Made by a program: the position numbers and the translations under genes. A model generated the notes under the pieces. It was not told where the DNA came from. It saw nothing but the letters and a program-made list of their open reading frames with translations, and ran no database searches. Positions 1-12,959 of a stretch of DNA of 64,000 nucleotides are shown one piece after another. Source of the stretch: Lama glama (taxonomy: Eukaryota); the NCBI GenBank assembly GCA_028534125.1, contig CM052818.1, positions 32,242,001-32,306,000 on the forward strand, in the 5' to 3' direction. Each line of letters begins with the position of its first letter. The stretch's first letter is position 1.

Positions 1-1004
1 CTGTCCAGTGGTATATCTCATTACTGACCAGCTGGATTCTACCCCTAGCAATCCTTTCCAGACCCAGAGAGAGCCTTTATGGTTCCAACACTAGTGGGGT
101 TTTCATTTCTAATACTGGTTTCATACCAGGACTATCTCAGGGGAAAGAGGCAATGGCTGGTTAGAATTTGCCCAAGGGTTACACTAAAGGTTTATACTTT
201 GTCCGTTTGAGATCTGTAGTCACAGGCAGAAAGGGAACAGCACAATTGACTTAATTAGGCTTTCTAACAAGCCCACTGCACTGACCATATTCTTTCATCT
301 AAGGCAATAGGATGTGGGGCTATTAATTGCTTCCTTTGTGGGAAGAACCAAGGTTTAAGAGCCTTTGAAAATCAATCCACAAGTCATTCTGTTGCTGGAT
401 TTTAAATAGTACCTTGACCCTCTTTCCTGAATATAAAGTAACTACTGTATCAATTGTCCTTCCTTTTACTTATCACTTTTCTGGGCAGGAAAGCTGTGAA
501 CCATGTAAAAAGAAAAATGACAGCTGCAGAGAGGAGTCCCAGAAAACCATATTTAAGGTATACAAGGAAGAAAACTTTAGACTCAAAAACTATTAAAACT
601 GAAAAGACCTTAGAGACACCATTGAATAAACTGGAGCCTAAAAAAGTAGCTTTGCCAAAGTCAGAGACTCTAGAAAGCTAAAGAAAGACAGGGACCTAGG
701 ATCTGGCAGACACAGAATAATCAGTCAAGGTGGGCCTTTTATTATGCAATGTGTGCTGATAAAATAGTACATGTAAGTTGATTTTTCATAAAATCAAATT
801 ATATGTGAAGTCTATTACTGGAGCTTGCAGTTAAGAGGAATCCAGTGATAAAGACTGGAAAACAATTTTTTTTCTTTTCCCCACTGCTCTTTTATTTTTA
901 ATCAGGGTTTGTCCACAGGGGAGTTGCTTAAAGCCCAATATATTGGCAGTTTAATGAGTTCTTATTGTTGAGTTTGTTTTCTTACTAAGATGAAAATGAT
1001 GAAA

Positions 1005-1175
1005 TGGTAGAATAGTTAAAGCAATGAACTACAGGTAAGGAACCAAAGTTCTAGTCCAGATCTACCACTAAGCAGTTACGTGGGCTTGGATGAGTCATTG
1101 AACCTTCATAGGCAGCTAGTTCCTCGTCAGCTGTTCTAGAATAATCTCTAAGGCCTGCCCTTCCCTAAATCTGGA
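1005..1175 (+). mobile_element. MIR SINE fragment
   Basis: Degenerate MIR core: 'gttctagtccagatctaccactaagcagttacgtgggcttggatgagtcattgaacctt...agttcctcgtc'. Confidence 0.7.
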
Positions 1176-1280
1176 TCTGCTCCTCAGACACAGAAACATG
1201 GGCACCCGTTAGAGGAACACACCCAGATGCTATGTGCAGTGACTCAAAGGACCACATTTGGTCTCTTTCTCCTTGTTTAG

Positions 1281-1432
1281 GATCTCACACAAATGTGACC
1301 CTTGCTCCAGCAACAGCATCACCTGGGAGCTCATTAGAAATGCAGAATTTCAGGCATCACCCAGACTCGCCAAACCACAACCTGCATTTTAACAAGGTCT
1401 CTAGGAGATTCATAAGCACATTGAAAGCACTG
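1281..1432. mobile_element. MER5A-type hAT-Charlie MITE
   Basis: 'cagcatcacctgggagctcattagaaatgcagaatttcaggc...ctgcattttaacaag...gcacattgaaagcactg' resembles the MER5A consensus as recalled. Confidence 0.85.
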
Positions 1433-1844
1433 GCTTAGGACACCTAGTCCAGCTTCCTAGATGATAGATGGCTTTTCTTGGAGCTTCCTCAGTGCCCCCT
1501 TTTGTATCCACCTGTGTGTTGATAGTGCCTATCAGGCTGTAGCCTGACCCAGCCAGCCCCGGTTCTGCTTCCCTTCCTGTGTCTGACTGGCCTCTCTTTT
1601 TGGCTGATGTGTAAAGTAAGTGGGTAGGTTGACTGACAACAGAAAGAAAAGTCAGCATGTCCCTGGGGCAGGGGGACAGTAAAAACAGAGACAAGATATA
1701 TAAACAGGCATCCTGGGACCACTTAGTACAGAGATAAACAGTCCCACATGACGCAGCAAACTCTGAAAATACTTACAATATAAGTTCTGTCGATTTAAAG
1801 AGTTGTTAGACAGGTTTTTCCAGGTCAAAAATAAAAAGCACGGA

Positions 1845-2000
1845 AGACAAATAAATAAAAGGAAAATAAAGATATGAACAGGCAGTTCACAAAAGAGAAA
1901 TAGAATGGTCAATAAAACTATGAAAAGATGCTCAACCTCAGGGAATTCAAATTAAAGCAATGAGATGCCATTTCACATCTCTCCAAAAGGCAAAAAATAT
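1845..2000 (+). mobile_element. Old L1 ORF2 3' fragment
   Basis: 'gatatgaacaggcagttcacaaaagag...atgaaaagatgctcaacctc...aaattaaagcaatgagatgccatttcacatc' is typical of the L1 ORF2 C-terminal region. Confidence 0.8.
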
Positions 2001-2024
2001 ATAACTTTTATTCTTTTTTAAAAT

Positions 2025-2440
2025 AGTATTTTACTTTTAATTATGAAATGTTGAAGACATACAGAAAATAATATAACAAGTGTAATAAACATCCATGTAA
2101 CCACTGCTTAGAATCAATAGGTATTAACATTTTGCCCTATTTACTTTTTTTTTTCTTTCCCCATTTTTTAATGACTAAAACTAAAGCTTCACTCCTTTCC
2201 CCCGTTATCTCCCCCCATCGCTCTCCTGAAGTCACTGGGTGTTCTTCCATGTGAGACTTGATACTCTTCCTATGTATGAATGTGGCCATGGTCAATGCGT
2301 GTTCTTGTTTCAGTCACACTACATATGTCTTTCGGAACTGGTGTTTCTTCACTCCACATTGTTTTGTGGATGTTTCTGTGTTGAAATATGTAGTTTATTC
2401 ATTCTTTTAGAACTGCTTTTCCGCATTTAATTGAATGAAT
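2025..2440 (-). mobile_element. Ancient L1ME/L1MC-type 3' end fragment
   Basis: 'ttttaattatgaaatgttgaagacatacagaaaa...aaacatccatgtaaccactgcttag...ttaacattttgcc' resembles antisense L1M 3' ends. Confidence 0.6.
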
Positions 2441-3584
2441 ACAACATTGAGTCACAGGTTTAAGGAAATGAAAAAGAGAAAAAATAACAAATTTTGGTTC
2501 TGTGTCTAGTATATTTTAGGTCAAAGATTTCCATACCAGATTCTAAGAATCCTGTGCCCCTTTACTGGTCTAAACCTGTGACTTCCACCCTGAGATGAAT
2601 GCTCTCCCCTGCATTTTCCTAACTTCTCGGAAGGTCACTGTCAGAGCAGAAGCACTCCTGCTTCTGGGTGGTGGCAGAAGGGCAGAGGACCAGCGACTTC
2701 AGGCCCGTGGGCAAGCTGCCTCGTGGCCCCATGTCTTACCCCGTGTTTTGGGTCTGCAGCCATGCCCATGACTGGAAAGGGCTCAGCTCCCTGCACCAAA
2801 CAATACATGGAGAAAACGCAAATACTTTATCGCTACAATTTATCCTAAAGGAGATTTGCAAAGCCACATGCCTGAGATTTATGGTGTGACATCCAGAGAT
2901 TTCATGCACTGTATTTCTCATTTATGGGCCTCAATTTAGTTAAGAGAAAAGAAGCTATCTAGAGCAAAAACACCCTAAAGCTTTGGTAAAATTGGATATT
3001 TAATTAATTCCAAAATCACCACATGGATAAAAAGTGAGCTTCAGACCTGCATGTTTAAGCATCCCCATCCTCTGGCCTGCTTGTTAGCTCCCTACTAGGT
3101 CTTGGTGACAGCTTTGCTCCAAGAAAGCTGTGCTCAGGAGCTCAAATCCTAGGGCTCTCTCAGGCAGGCCTGCAGCCTACAAAGCTCAGGGTGGAACCTT
3201 TCCACTAAATAACCTGGTGGGGTGAATTGATTTGCATACGCAAATAACTCATTCCTAGATGGTCTATAGGATCATTGAGAGCACAGAATAAGCCTCTATT
3301 TCAAAGCCCTCCTGGAAAAGCACAGAGTAAGAGAGTAGTAGAAAGAAAGCAATGGCCACCAGGGAGGCAAGTCCTCCACCTGTCCACAGCTGTTTCTGCG
3401 TACACACACGGGTGACAGCACCTGCCCTACCTTTCTCAGAAGAAGCTTGTGTGACTCACAGCAGACAATGAATGTGAGCACTGTTCTGAGGCTGCAATGT
3501 CCTTTATACAAAATAGGGATCATTATAGTCATGTGCACAATACAATGATTTGTTGATTGACTAAAAGATGAGAAGGAGACACAT

Positions 3585-3705
3585 ACCACATTCATACATA
3601 TGTTTATCTTTATGTTTTATATATATGAACACATTTATGTTCACATGTGTGTTTGTATTCATATTCGTGATTATATTACTGTTCATGTTTCTATTTATTT
3701 GATTT
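3585..3705. repeat. AT-rich low-complexity (TA/TG-rich) tract
   Basis: Degenerate 'tatgtttat/tatgttcac' reiterations visible directly. Confidence 0.6.
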
Positions 3706-4364
3706 GAAGCCAAAAGCAGGGAACTTGGGAGACTCTGAGAAGCTGAAAGTGCAACAGGCTTCTCATTTCTTATGGATGGAGAAACAGACACCAAGTGGGG
3801 CAGTGCTTTGCACAGCTTATCAATATTGAACTCAGACTTGGGAAAATAGTCTATTTTACTTTTTTGTTTAAAATCAATGTGTTATCTGCTGGCAAAAGAT
3901 CTTGACTTACCTTGAGTATATGCTCCTGCACAGCACCTCCAGTTAGAACCTGAGCTGTCAGATTCTAAATCCCATTCAGATTCAGCTCACATTTCCTGAC
4001 TGCTGACCTTGTACTAGTCGGGTAAGCAATTTGCCCTAAGTCATCCAGGCTCATCTGAACTCTCCGCCTTTCTCATTGCCTCTTATCACGCTGAGCCCTG
4101 CTGTCCTTTACATCTCTCCACACCCCCATGCTTGCCCTCCCTCCACCTCTAAAACTGGCAGCCAGTTAGGATCTGTCACCCTTAGAACTGTCTCCTAGAG
4201 TAGGAAGAGCTGGAAACCTTGAGAGGTTACCCCTTTAGCCTGTGACCTTCAAAATCTGGGAAGCACTCCGAGTTGTTAAGAATCATATAGTCTCTGATGA
4301 AACAGCCTGACCCTGAGGGTGGGGACTTACTGACTTTGCTTAGCTGGGAAGGAAAGAAAATCAA

Positions 4365-4545
4365 ACATCAGCTGAACACACACTACGTGCCAGGCACTCT
4401 CCTAGGCAATTTCATGGTTTCCATTTTCCTAAATCCTTACTACAACTAGAGAAGTAAGTATTGTAGTTCATTTTATGATATGAAATCCCAGAAAAGTAAG
4501 TATTGTGCTGCCAACCACAGAGCTGGTAAGTGACAGAACAGCTTT
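4365..4545 (-). mobile_element. MIR SINE
   Basis: 'tgaacacacactacgtgccaggcact...aatccttactacaact...cattttatgatatgaaat...cacagagctggtaagtgacaga'. Confidence 0.75.
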
Positions 4546-5534
4546 CTCTGGTACATGCTTCTGTCTCTGGCCTATGGGTTAGGGTGGTACTCAGCATGTT
4601 AATGATGGTTATGTAATTTCTAGGCCTCCTGGCTCATTCCAGTCTCCAGTGACCCACTCAGACCTTCTATGCCAGGCATTATCTCCCTGCTCCTCTTCAT
4701 GTACCCAAACCTAACCCAGCCCACACTGCTTAGCTTAACTCTCACTGATAGATCACCTCCTCCTATATAGATCCATAGCCTTTCTAATCTGGTGTCCTCG
4801 GTCTGTACTGCAGCCTAGACCACCCTGCATTCTCTGCCCACCAAGTGGCAAATGGGAATCCCACCTCCCCATCACCCAGTCAAGTCCCTGAAGGCAGAGT
4901 GTAGGGCCCAGGACAGCCATCCGTGGCCCTCTATTTGGCCGGACTTCCATTATTGCATCCCATTATTTGCCTCAAGAATTTATCATCGCTAATAGGGGAA
5001 GTAATAAAGCACTAAGCTTTATCAGGCATTTACATCATTCTTTGATTTCACTTTATGAAAACAGTTTAGATAAGGAGAGGAAGAATAGAGTGAGGCCCAC
5101 TGGAGTTGTTTGAAGACAATTAAAAGAAGAATAGCAGTTGAGAAGAAGACTGAATGGGGGAGGGGTGACAGAGGACAAAGCTGACCTAGCCTGCATGCCA
5201 AGTTTGCCTGTGGGCCAGATATCTGTTAACTGACTGGTCAAGGATTCTGGAAAGGGAGAGGTAGAAGAAATCATGCAGGCCTCTTCCCAGAAATTACAGA
5301 AAAAGAAGCTAAGATCCAACAGACGCAGCTGTCATCTTTTTAAAACACTTCTCTCTGTCATTCCCGTACTACAAGTTCTTCAACTGTTGGCCACAGCAGC
5401 CAGGCTTAGATGGAGACAAGCTTCATGCATGACACACATCCATTAGCATATGCAGATTTTGACTTTTCTTCCATTCAATACATTTTATTTAGTGCCTAGT
5501 ATGTTCCAGCCCCTTTAGGAACCAGCAGAAATGT

Positions 5535-5793
5535 AATTTTCTCAGTGATTTCTTCATTGCTTCCAGTCTAATTAGTACTCCCATGCAGAACCCCTGTGCT
5601 ATTCTTTCACAGTATTTGTCACTGTTTATAATGAAACATTTATTGGTGTGTTTATTCGCCTAAAGTCTGCCCCTGTCCGCCTGTAAACTCCATGAAGTGA
5701 GGAAGTTTGTTCAATATATTGAAGTGAGTCAGTTGTTCAATGCATAGTAGGCATTCAATACATATTAAATTAATAAATGAATGAATGAATGAA
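5535..5793 (+). mobile_element. L2 LINE 3' end
   Basis: 'ctgtaaactccatgaag...catagtaggcattcaatacat...aaatgaatgaatgaatgaa' is the canonical L2 tail. Confidence 0.8.
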
Positions 5794-6599
5794 ATGTGCT
5801 AGGGACTGGGGATATAGCAAATTATAAGACATATGACTCTGCCCTCACAGAACTTAATCAGAACAGGAAGGGGAGGCAAAGCAGACAGTTTTCAGCGGGG
5901 CAGGAGTGATGGTGCTCATGCTCATTTCCAGGGGAATGGGTTGGGGGCACCATCCTTGCTCTGCTGTACCCCTTTCCCATCCCCTCTTGAAACTGACTAG
6001 AAGGCAAAGGAGTGAGAGTGAGGTGCATAGTGACCTCCTTGAATCTGCTCTAATGAAAAATAATAATAAAATGGCAAGTCAGTCAGTACCTGAAGAATCA
6101 TTATTAACAAATTACTAGCAATGCATTTCACAACTAATTTCTGCATGCAACACTACAGCAAGAATGGCTTACAGGATGGGATCCAAGTTCTTTCTGCAGG
6201 AGGGGCTGCTTTGCAACTTGCCTGACCTGTCTTTTCTCTCCTCTCCCCTCTTTTTCCTGGGTGCCCTCACACACCCTGAGTCCCAGCCTACACACCATGC
6301 TTTCTTGCCCCTTCCTGCACTCCCTCCCAGGGAAGCCCTCCTCCACCTGGAAAGCCCTCCTGACTGCCTGGGCCACCAACTCCCTCTCTCTTCTGTGCTC
6401 CTGCCCGCTTTCTGCTTCCTTCACCATGGTCATGAGCTATATCCTTATCCCTAAATACATACAGTGCTTGTTTCTGCATAGTGGGATTATGTGTGGTTTT
6501 TATATCCTTCTGGATACTTTCAGATATTTTCCATTTTTTCTACAGTTATCATTCCTACAATTATTTTATAAATGGGGGAGAAAACTACTGGTATTTTAA

Positions 6600-6765
6600 A
6601 AAGATTGTGGTTATTTTATGTCTGTCATTTCCACAATACTATTGTTGGACTGTCAAGGCCAGAAATCGATTCTTTCTTGTTTATCTTCAAAGCTTAGAAC
6701 CTATTATGTGCTCATTATATGTCAGGTGGCTGGATGGATGCATAGATGGAAGACTGGATGGATGC
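6600..6765 (+). mobile_element. L2 LINE 3' end
   Basis: 'tgtctgtcatttccacaatact...tttcttgtttatctt...gcttagaac...tgctcattatatgt...tggatggatg'. Confidence 0.6.
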
Positions 6766-9700
6766 ATGGGGAGAAGAGGGCAGCAACTGAGCTGGCAACT
6801 AAAGATGTGAGTCTGAGCCTCAGTTTATCATCAGGAAAGTAACAAATCCTATTGGCCTCAGCATCATAAATTAATAGATTGTTCCCAGGGAGTCTTGTGA
6901 CCATTCCCTCCCATAGCAAGTGCTGGTGGGGCACGCAACGCCCTGGCTGGGGCCTCTGCTCCACAGTCCCCACCCATCTGTCTGAAGTTAGTCCTACATG
7001 GCACCACTGAGACTTCCCTTTCATTGCACTTGTGGAACTTGGTGCCACCAGTCGCACTGCTGCCTGTCTGGGATATTATAGACATGCTTTCTCTGTTTAT
7101 TGTGATGTCAGTTTGCACAATTTCTCTTCAGGCGCTTGGAGCCTTTCAAGCATGAAGCTCCTGGAGATGAATGAGCCTTTATCGGGGTCTCAGTGCTCTT
7201 TACTCAGTAGGAGCCAGCTATGCTCTTGGCTGTCTTAAATTTCCAGCCAGATTTTTCAAACCTTTGACTGAGAGACCAGGGCCAAACAGAGACTGGCCCC
7301 ACAGGTTCACCAAGCAGGGATGTGGCCAGTCACTAAGTGGAGGGGTGAGGATGGCGACATCTGCTTCCTTCTGGTGTCGACTTGGAAGGCCTGGAGATGT
7401 AGATTCATGCAGCTAAGCCGGGGTGGCCCAGAGTATTCACCCGGGTAAGAGCCTGGAGAAAGGAGGCTCCCCTGCAGAGTAGGGAGCGTCTCTGGGATAA
7501 GACAGAGGAGAGGAAGATTCTGCCAGATACAAAGTTTGTGGTCTCGGACGGGGGCCTTCAGCTCTCTGAGCCTGTATCCTCGTCAGTCAAATGGAGATGG
7601 TGTGACCTGAGATAAGGTGGAATACTAGAGACATTCGGAAGGAGAAGCCCTCCTCCTGCAATGCTGCCTTTGGGCTCCCTGAGGCCTGACTGTCCTGACA
7701 AGTGCCTCTGGTTCAGCAAGGAGGGAATTTCTCCAGGACTGGCTGCCGACCTCGCCTGCCGCCTTCCTCACTGCTTCTCCACTCCCCTCCCGACTGCTGC
7801 TCCAGGAGGCCAGCTGAAGAATCAGAGAGAGAGCTGGTGGCTAAGTAGGGGGGAGAAGAGGGGGTGCAGATTAGACAGAAGCTTCTTCTGCAGTAACTTC
7901 AAGGGTTCCCTAAGGTCTCCCTTCAAAGTGATGCCAAAGCCTGGGCCCTGACAAGTGGCAGGAGTGGCAGACGGGCGCGACTGGCAAAGCACTTTGAGTA
8001 GATAATTAGTTCAGGCTTTTGTGCTCCTCTGTCTTTGCCCTTCAATTTGATCTGATGAATCACCCCTCCCGACACCCATCTTTGTCCCCCCTACCCTGCC
8101 TGACTTTCATTCCTCTAGAAAATCTACTTGAACTAAACTTCCCCAAATCCAACAGAATAAAAAATGAATGCAAGAGTAAGTTTCTATGCTGCAAAGCTGT
8201 CTTGTGAAAGAGAGCGTTTTCTTGAATTCACAATATTTTCCCAGAGGCAAAATAGTCAGGTGTTGCTGCTGTAGAGCTAGTTACACAATGGTAACTGGAA
8301 GTCTATACATGACACTTGTGTGGAGCCCATGCTTTGGGCATTTGGGAAAAGAAGTACAGGTCTGCCTAGAACAGAAAGTCGGCACTGTTGCCATCAGCAC
8401 CCCAGCCACCACTCACTTTTTTTCTTTTTATTCTTTACACTTTTTAAAAGAAATATAATATACATACACTAAAAACCATACCTCAGTACATGAATTTTTA
8501 CAAAACGAAATTGTTCGTATAACTTCCACACAGACATGGTATGGAATATTTCCCAGCACATGAGAAGCCACCCTAGGCCCCCTCTGGTCATTACAGATTC
8601 CTTAAAAATAATCGTTATCTGGACTTCTTTCCCTATGAATTAGGGTTTCCTACTTTTAAAATGTATGTAACTTTATATGAATGAGCATATAAATAGTATT
8701 AGATGTTTTGTGTCTGTGAGTTATTTCCATCTAGTTGTATATCATGGTAATTCAATTTTCTTTGTACAATAGTCCATTTTATAAATGTACCCCAGTTTAT
8801 CCAGCGAATTAGGTTATTCATGCACATGTCTTTCGGTGCACATATGTATGCATTTCTTTTCAGTATTTCCTTAGGAAGGTCAAAAATATGTGTCTGTTTA
8901 TTTAGCCTTGGAAGGTATTGCTAAGCAGTTTGCCAAAGTGGCTGTACCAATTTGCACTCCCTCCAGCAGTATATGAGACTTCCAACTGCTCCATAGTCTC
9001 ACCTTGGTAGAGTCAGGGTTTTGTTTATTTTGTTCTGTTCTACTTGTCTTTAGCCATTCTGCTGGGTAGTTCATTGCTGTTTAAATTTGCATTTCTTTGA
9101 TGAATAATGATGTTGAACATCTTTTCATATGCTTATTGGACCGGTGCAAATCTTTTGCTCTTTTTGTTGTTATTGTACTGTATATTTTTTTCTTATTGAT
9201 TTTAGGAGTTTCTTATACATTCTGAACAAAAGTACTTTATCAGATGTATCCATTGAGAATATTGCAAATATTGCAAATATTTTTTTCCAGCTCATGGTTT
9301 GTCTTTCCATTTACTCAATAGTATCTTCTAATGAGAAGAAGTTTTTAATTTTTATGAATTCCTATTTACCAATTTTGGTTTATGATTAGTGTTTTTTATG
9401 TCCTGTTTAAGAAATATTTACCTATGTCAGTGTCAGAAACATATTCTTCTGTGTTATCTTCTAGAAGCTGTATTGTTTTGCTTTCATATTTAGGATTGTA
9501 ATTTATTTAAAGTGGATTTCAATGTATGGCATGAAGTAGAGAAACAGACTCATTTTTTCATATAGTTAGCCCACTAAAGCAGCACTGTTTGTTGAAAAGA
9601 TTACCTTTTCCCCATTGCATTCAATGGCCTCTTTGTTATAAATCAGGAATTATAAATGTAGGTTTGTTTCTGGACTCTGTTCTATTCATTGGTCTCAAAG

Positions 9701-9857
9701 TGTCTGTCTTTGTGTCAATACCACTCTATTTTAGCTAACGTAGCTTTATAATGTATCTTGATATCAGGTACTCTAAATTCTCCAACTTTGTTCTTTTTCA
9801 GGATTGTCTTTGCCATGCTTAGCTCTTTACTTTTCTGTATACATTTTAGAGCCGTCT

Positions 9858-9891
9858 CACACACAAACACACACACACACACACACACACA
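9858..9891. repeat. (CA)n microsatellite
   Basis: About 17 CA units with one interruption. Confidence 0.95.
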
Positions 9892-10156
9892 GAAATCTGC
9901 TGAGATTTTGATTGGGATTGCATTTAACCTACAGATTAACTTGAGGAGAACTGATATTTTTATAATTTTGAATCTTCCAATCCATTGGCATAATAGGATT
10001 TTCCATTTATTTAGGACTTCCTTAATTTCTCTCAGTAATATTTTGTAGTTTTCTTTGTGTTCTTGCTAATATTTCTTTAGGTTTATTCCTGTGTGATTTT
10101 TAAGTTCTTTTGTATAAGTTGTTTTAAAAAGTTTGTTTTTCTTTTGTGACAATTTC

Positions 10157-10240
10157 TTTTAATGGAGGCACTGGGGATTGAGCCCAGGACCTTGTGCATG
10201 CTAAGCATGCACTCTACCATTGAGCTATATACCCCTACCT
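10157..10240 (-). mobile_element. tRNA-Ala-derived SINE (camelid vic-1 type)
   Basis: Reverse complement GGGGTATATAGCTCAATGGTAGAGTGCATGCTTAGCATGCACAAGGTCCTGGGCTCAATCCCCAGTGCCTCCATTAAAAG is tRNA-Ala(AGC)-like, with A/B boxes and an A-rich tail. Confidence 0.85.
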
Positions 10241-10689
10241 GCCCCCTTCAATAAAGTGGTGATCCAGTGGTTTATAATTTTACGTGACTATTGTTCATTT
10301 CTTGAAGAAACTTGGACTTTTCTAATGTATGACTCATTTTTTATAATATAATTTTTGTTGTATATTGATGCTGTATCCAAAGACCATGCTAAATTTACTT
10401 ACTGATTCTAAAAGTTTATAGATTATTTTGGAATTTTTATATCCTGTTATCTGCCAAAGTTGACAGTTTTATTTTTCCTTTTCTAAACATTATGCCTTTT
10501 ATTTCTTCTTCATGCCTTATCATATTGGCTGAGAGAACCAGTAAAATGCATATTAGAAGTGGTGATAATTGATACCATTGTTTCATTCCTTAACTCAGAG
10601 GAAAGCTCTTAATATCTCATCATTTGGTGTGACATTAGGTGTAGGGTTTTCAAAGATGTCTTCTATCAGATTGAGGAAGTTTCCTTTCT

Positions 10690-11197
10690 GCTCCAGTTCC
10701 TGTGGTTGCATCCTAAAACTTAGTGGCAAAAATGACTATTTATTATGCTTAAAGATTCTGAGAGTCAAGAATTTAGACAGAGAACAGTAAAGATGGCTCA
10801 TCTCTGTTTCACGATATCTGAGGCCTCAGTTGGAAGACTTGAAGTTGAGGGAATGGAATCACTTGAAAGCTTGGTCACTCACATCTGGTCGTTGATGCTA
10901 GCTAGCTATTGGCCAGGGGTCTCACTACTTGGGCTTCTCCATACACTTTTTCTGTACAGGATAATTTGAGCTTTCTTGTAGTGTGGTGTATAGGTTCCAA
11001 TAGCGAGTATCCCGCAGAAAGTCAGGGTAGAAGCTTCACTGCCTTTTATGGTCTAGCTTCAAACGTCACACAGCATCATTTCTACTGTGTTCTGTTCAAC
11101 AAGATAGTCACAGAGTGCTGCAAGTTCTGGAAGAGCACAAGGGAGTAAGGGGAACAGAAATTGCTGTGACCATTTTTGAAAAATACAATCTACCACA
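10690..11197 (-). mobile_element. MaLR solo LTR (MLT1F/G/H-like) inserted in L1
   Basis: 'ctaaaacttagtggc...tttattatgct...gatggctcatctctgtttcacgatatctgaggcctcagttggaagact...aaacgtcacacagcatcatttctac...tttgaaaaatacaatctaccaca'. L1 sequence resumes on both sides. Confidence 0.85.
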
Positions 11198-12959
11198 ACT
11201 TCTATACTTAATATGTTAAGGGTTTTAATCATGAATGGGTGATGAATTATATCAAATGCTTTTTCTGTATCTATCAAGTTGTTCATATAATGTTTACTTT
11301 TTTTTTTCTATTAAAGTAGTGCATTACACTGATTTAATTTTGAGAATTAAACCAACCTTATATTCTGGAATAAGCCCAATTTGTTATGGATTATCCACTT
11401 TGTCTGTAACTCATATTGATTTGCTAATACTTGGTTTAAAACTTTTGCATCTGTTTATGAGAGAGTTTGGCCTAAAATTTTTCCTTCTTGTAAGCCTTCT
11501 TGGCTTTTGTTATCAAAGTTATGCTAACCTTATAAAACAAAATGGGGAGTCTTCCTTAGTTTTTAATTTTCTGCTAGAAGTTTGTATGAAATTGGTTTTA
11601 CCTCATCTTTAAATATTTGGAAGAATTCACTGGTAAAGCTATATTGGCCTATAATAACCTTTGTGGAAAAGTACTTAGTTATGTATCATATTACTATGAT
11701 TGTTATCTGTTACCTTAGAGATCACTAGAGTATATATCTTAAATTAGTATGCTTACCATTCCCAAATGAGGCGAGAACCTTGGATTACTTAAATTTCAAT
11801 TACTCCCACTGCATCTTTTGTCCTTTTGTTGTCATATATTTTATTGCTACACATATTTCAAATCTCTCAAGAGAGAATTACTGTGTTAAATAGTCAAAAT
11901 TTATTTAAATATTCCCCCATATTTTCCCTTTTCAATGCTCTTGAGTTCCTTACATTACTGTGCTTCTGTTTGGGCCAATTTTCCTTTTACCTTAAGAACT
12001 CTTCTTAATATTTCTCTTAGTGAAGATGTACTGGGGGAAAAAAACTTCTCAGCTGTTTTGACTGAAAATGTCTTTATTTTGCCTTCATTTTTGAAGACTG
12101 TTTTCACTGGGTAAATAATTCTTGGCTGACAGTCATTTTCTTTCTGTGCTTTGTGTGTATCACTCTGTTCCCTTCTGCCCTTCATTGCTTCTGTTGAAAA
12201 GGTGGTTTTCATCTTTACTGATGCTTCTTTGAAGGTAATGTGTTTTTTCCCTCTAGCATTTTAAAGATTTTCTTTTTGTCTTTGATTTTAAGCAGCTTTA
12301 TTTTGCTATGACTGAATGTGTTTTTATGTATATTCTGGTTGGGGCTTATAAAGAAACAATGTTTTATTAATTTCACATTTTTTCAGCCATTATTTCTTCA
12401 GATATTGCCTCTGTCCTTTCCTCTTTATCCTCTCTTTCTGGGACTTCAAATTACATCTATTTTACACTTTTCATTATATTTCGTATGTCTCTGACTCTTT
12501 TCTGTATTTTCTGTCTTTTTTTTCTCCCTATAATTCAATCTGATTATTTTCTACGGAGCTCTCTTCTAGTTTACTAATGCTCTCTTCTGCTGTGTCCAAT
12601 CTACTATTAAACCCTTCTACTGAATTCATTCTTTCAGTATTATGTTTTTCACTTCCAGAATTCCATTTAATTCTTATTTCATAGATTCATGTTCTCTGAT
12701 GAAAATTCTTCATATTTCATCAACTTTTTAACATATTCTTCAGATAATTTTTTAAAGTATGTATTTGATAATTCCAGTACTCTGGTATTTCAAGTCTGTG
12801 TTTCTCTTTGTTTTTTTACCTTGGCTTTTGATCATTTGGCTCTGTTACCTAACATTCCTGATAATATTTTATTGAATTCCAGAAGTTCTGGATGATTTTC
12901 TTCTTCACAGAAGTTTCATTTTCTTTGGCAGGCAGATCATGTTGATCCAGTCAGGGAGT

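Noticed and set aside
778..797. 8-bp inverted repeat TTGATTTT-TCAT-AAAATCAA
   Set aside because: Short AT-rich stem expected by chance in 64 kb.
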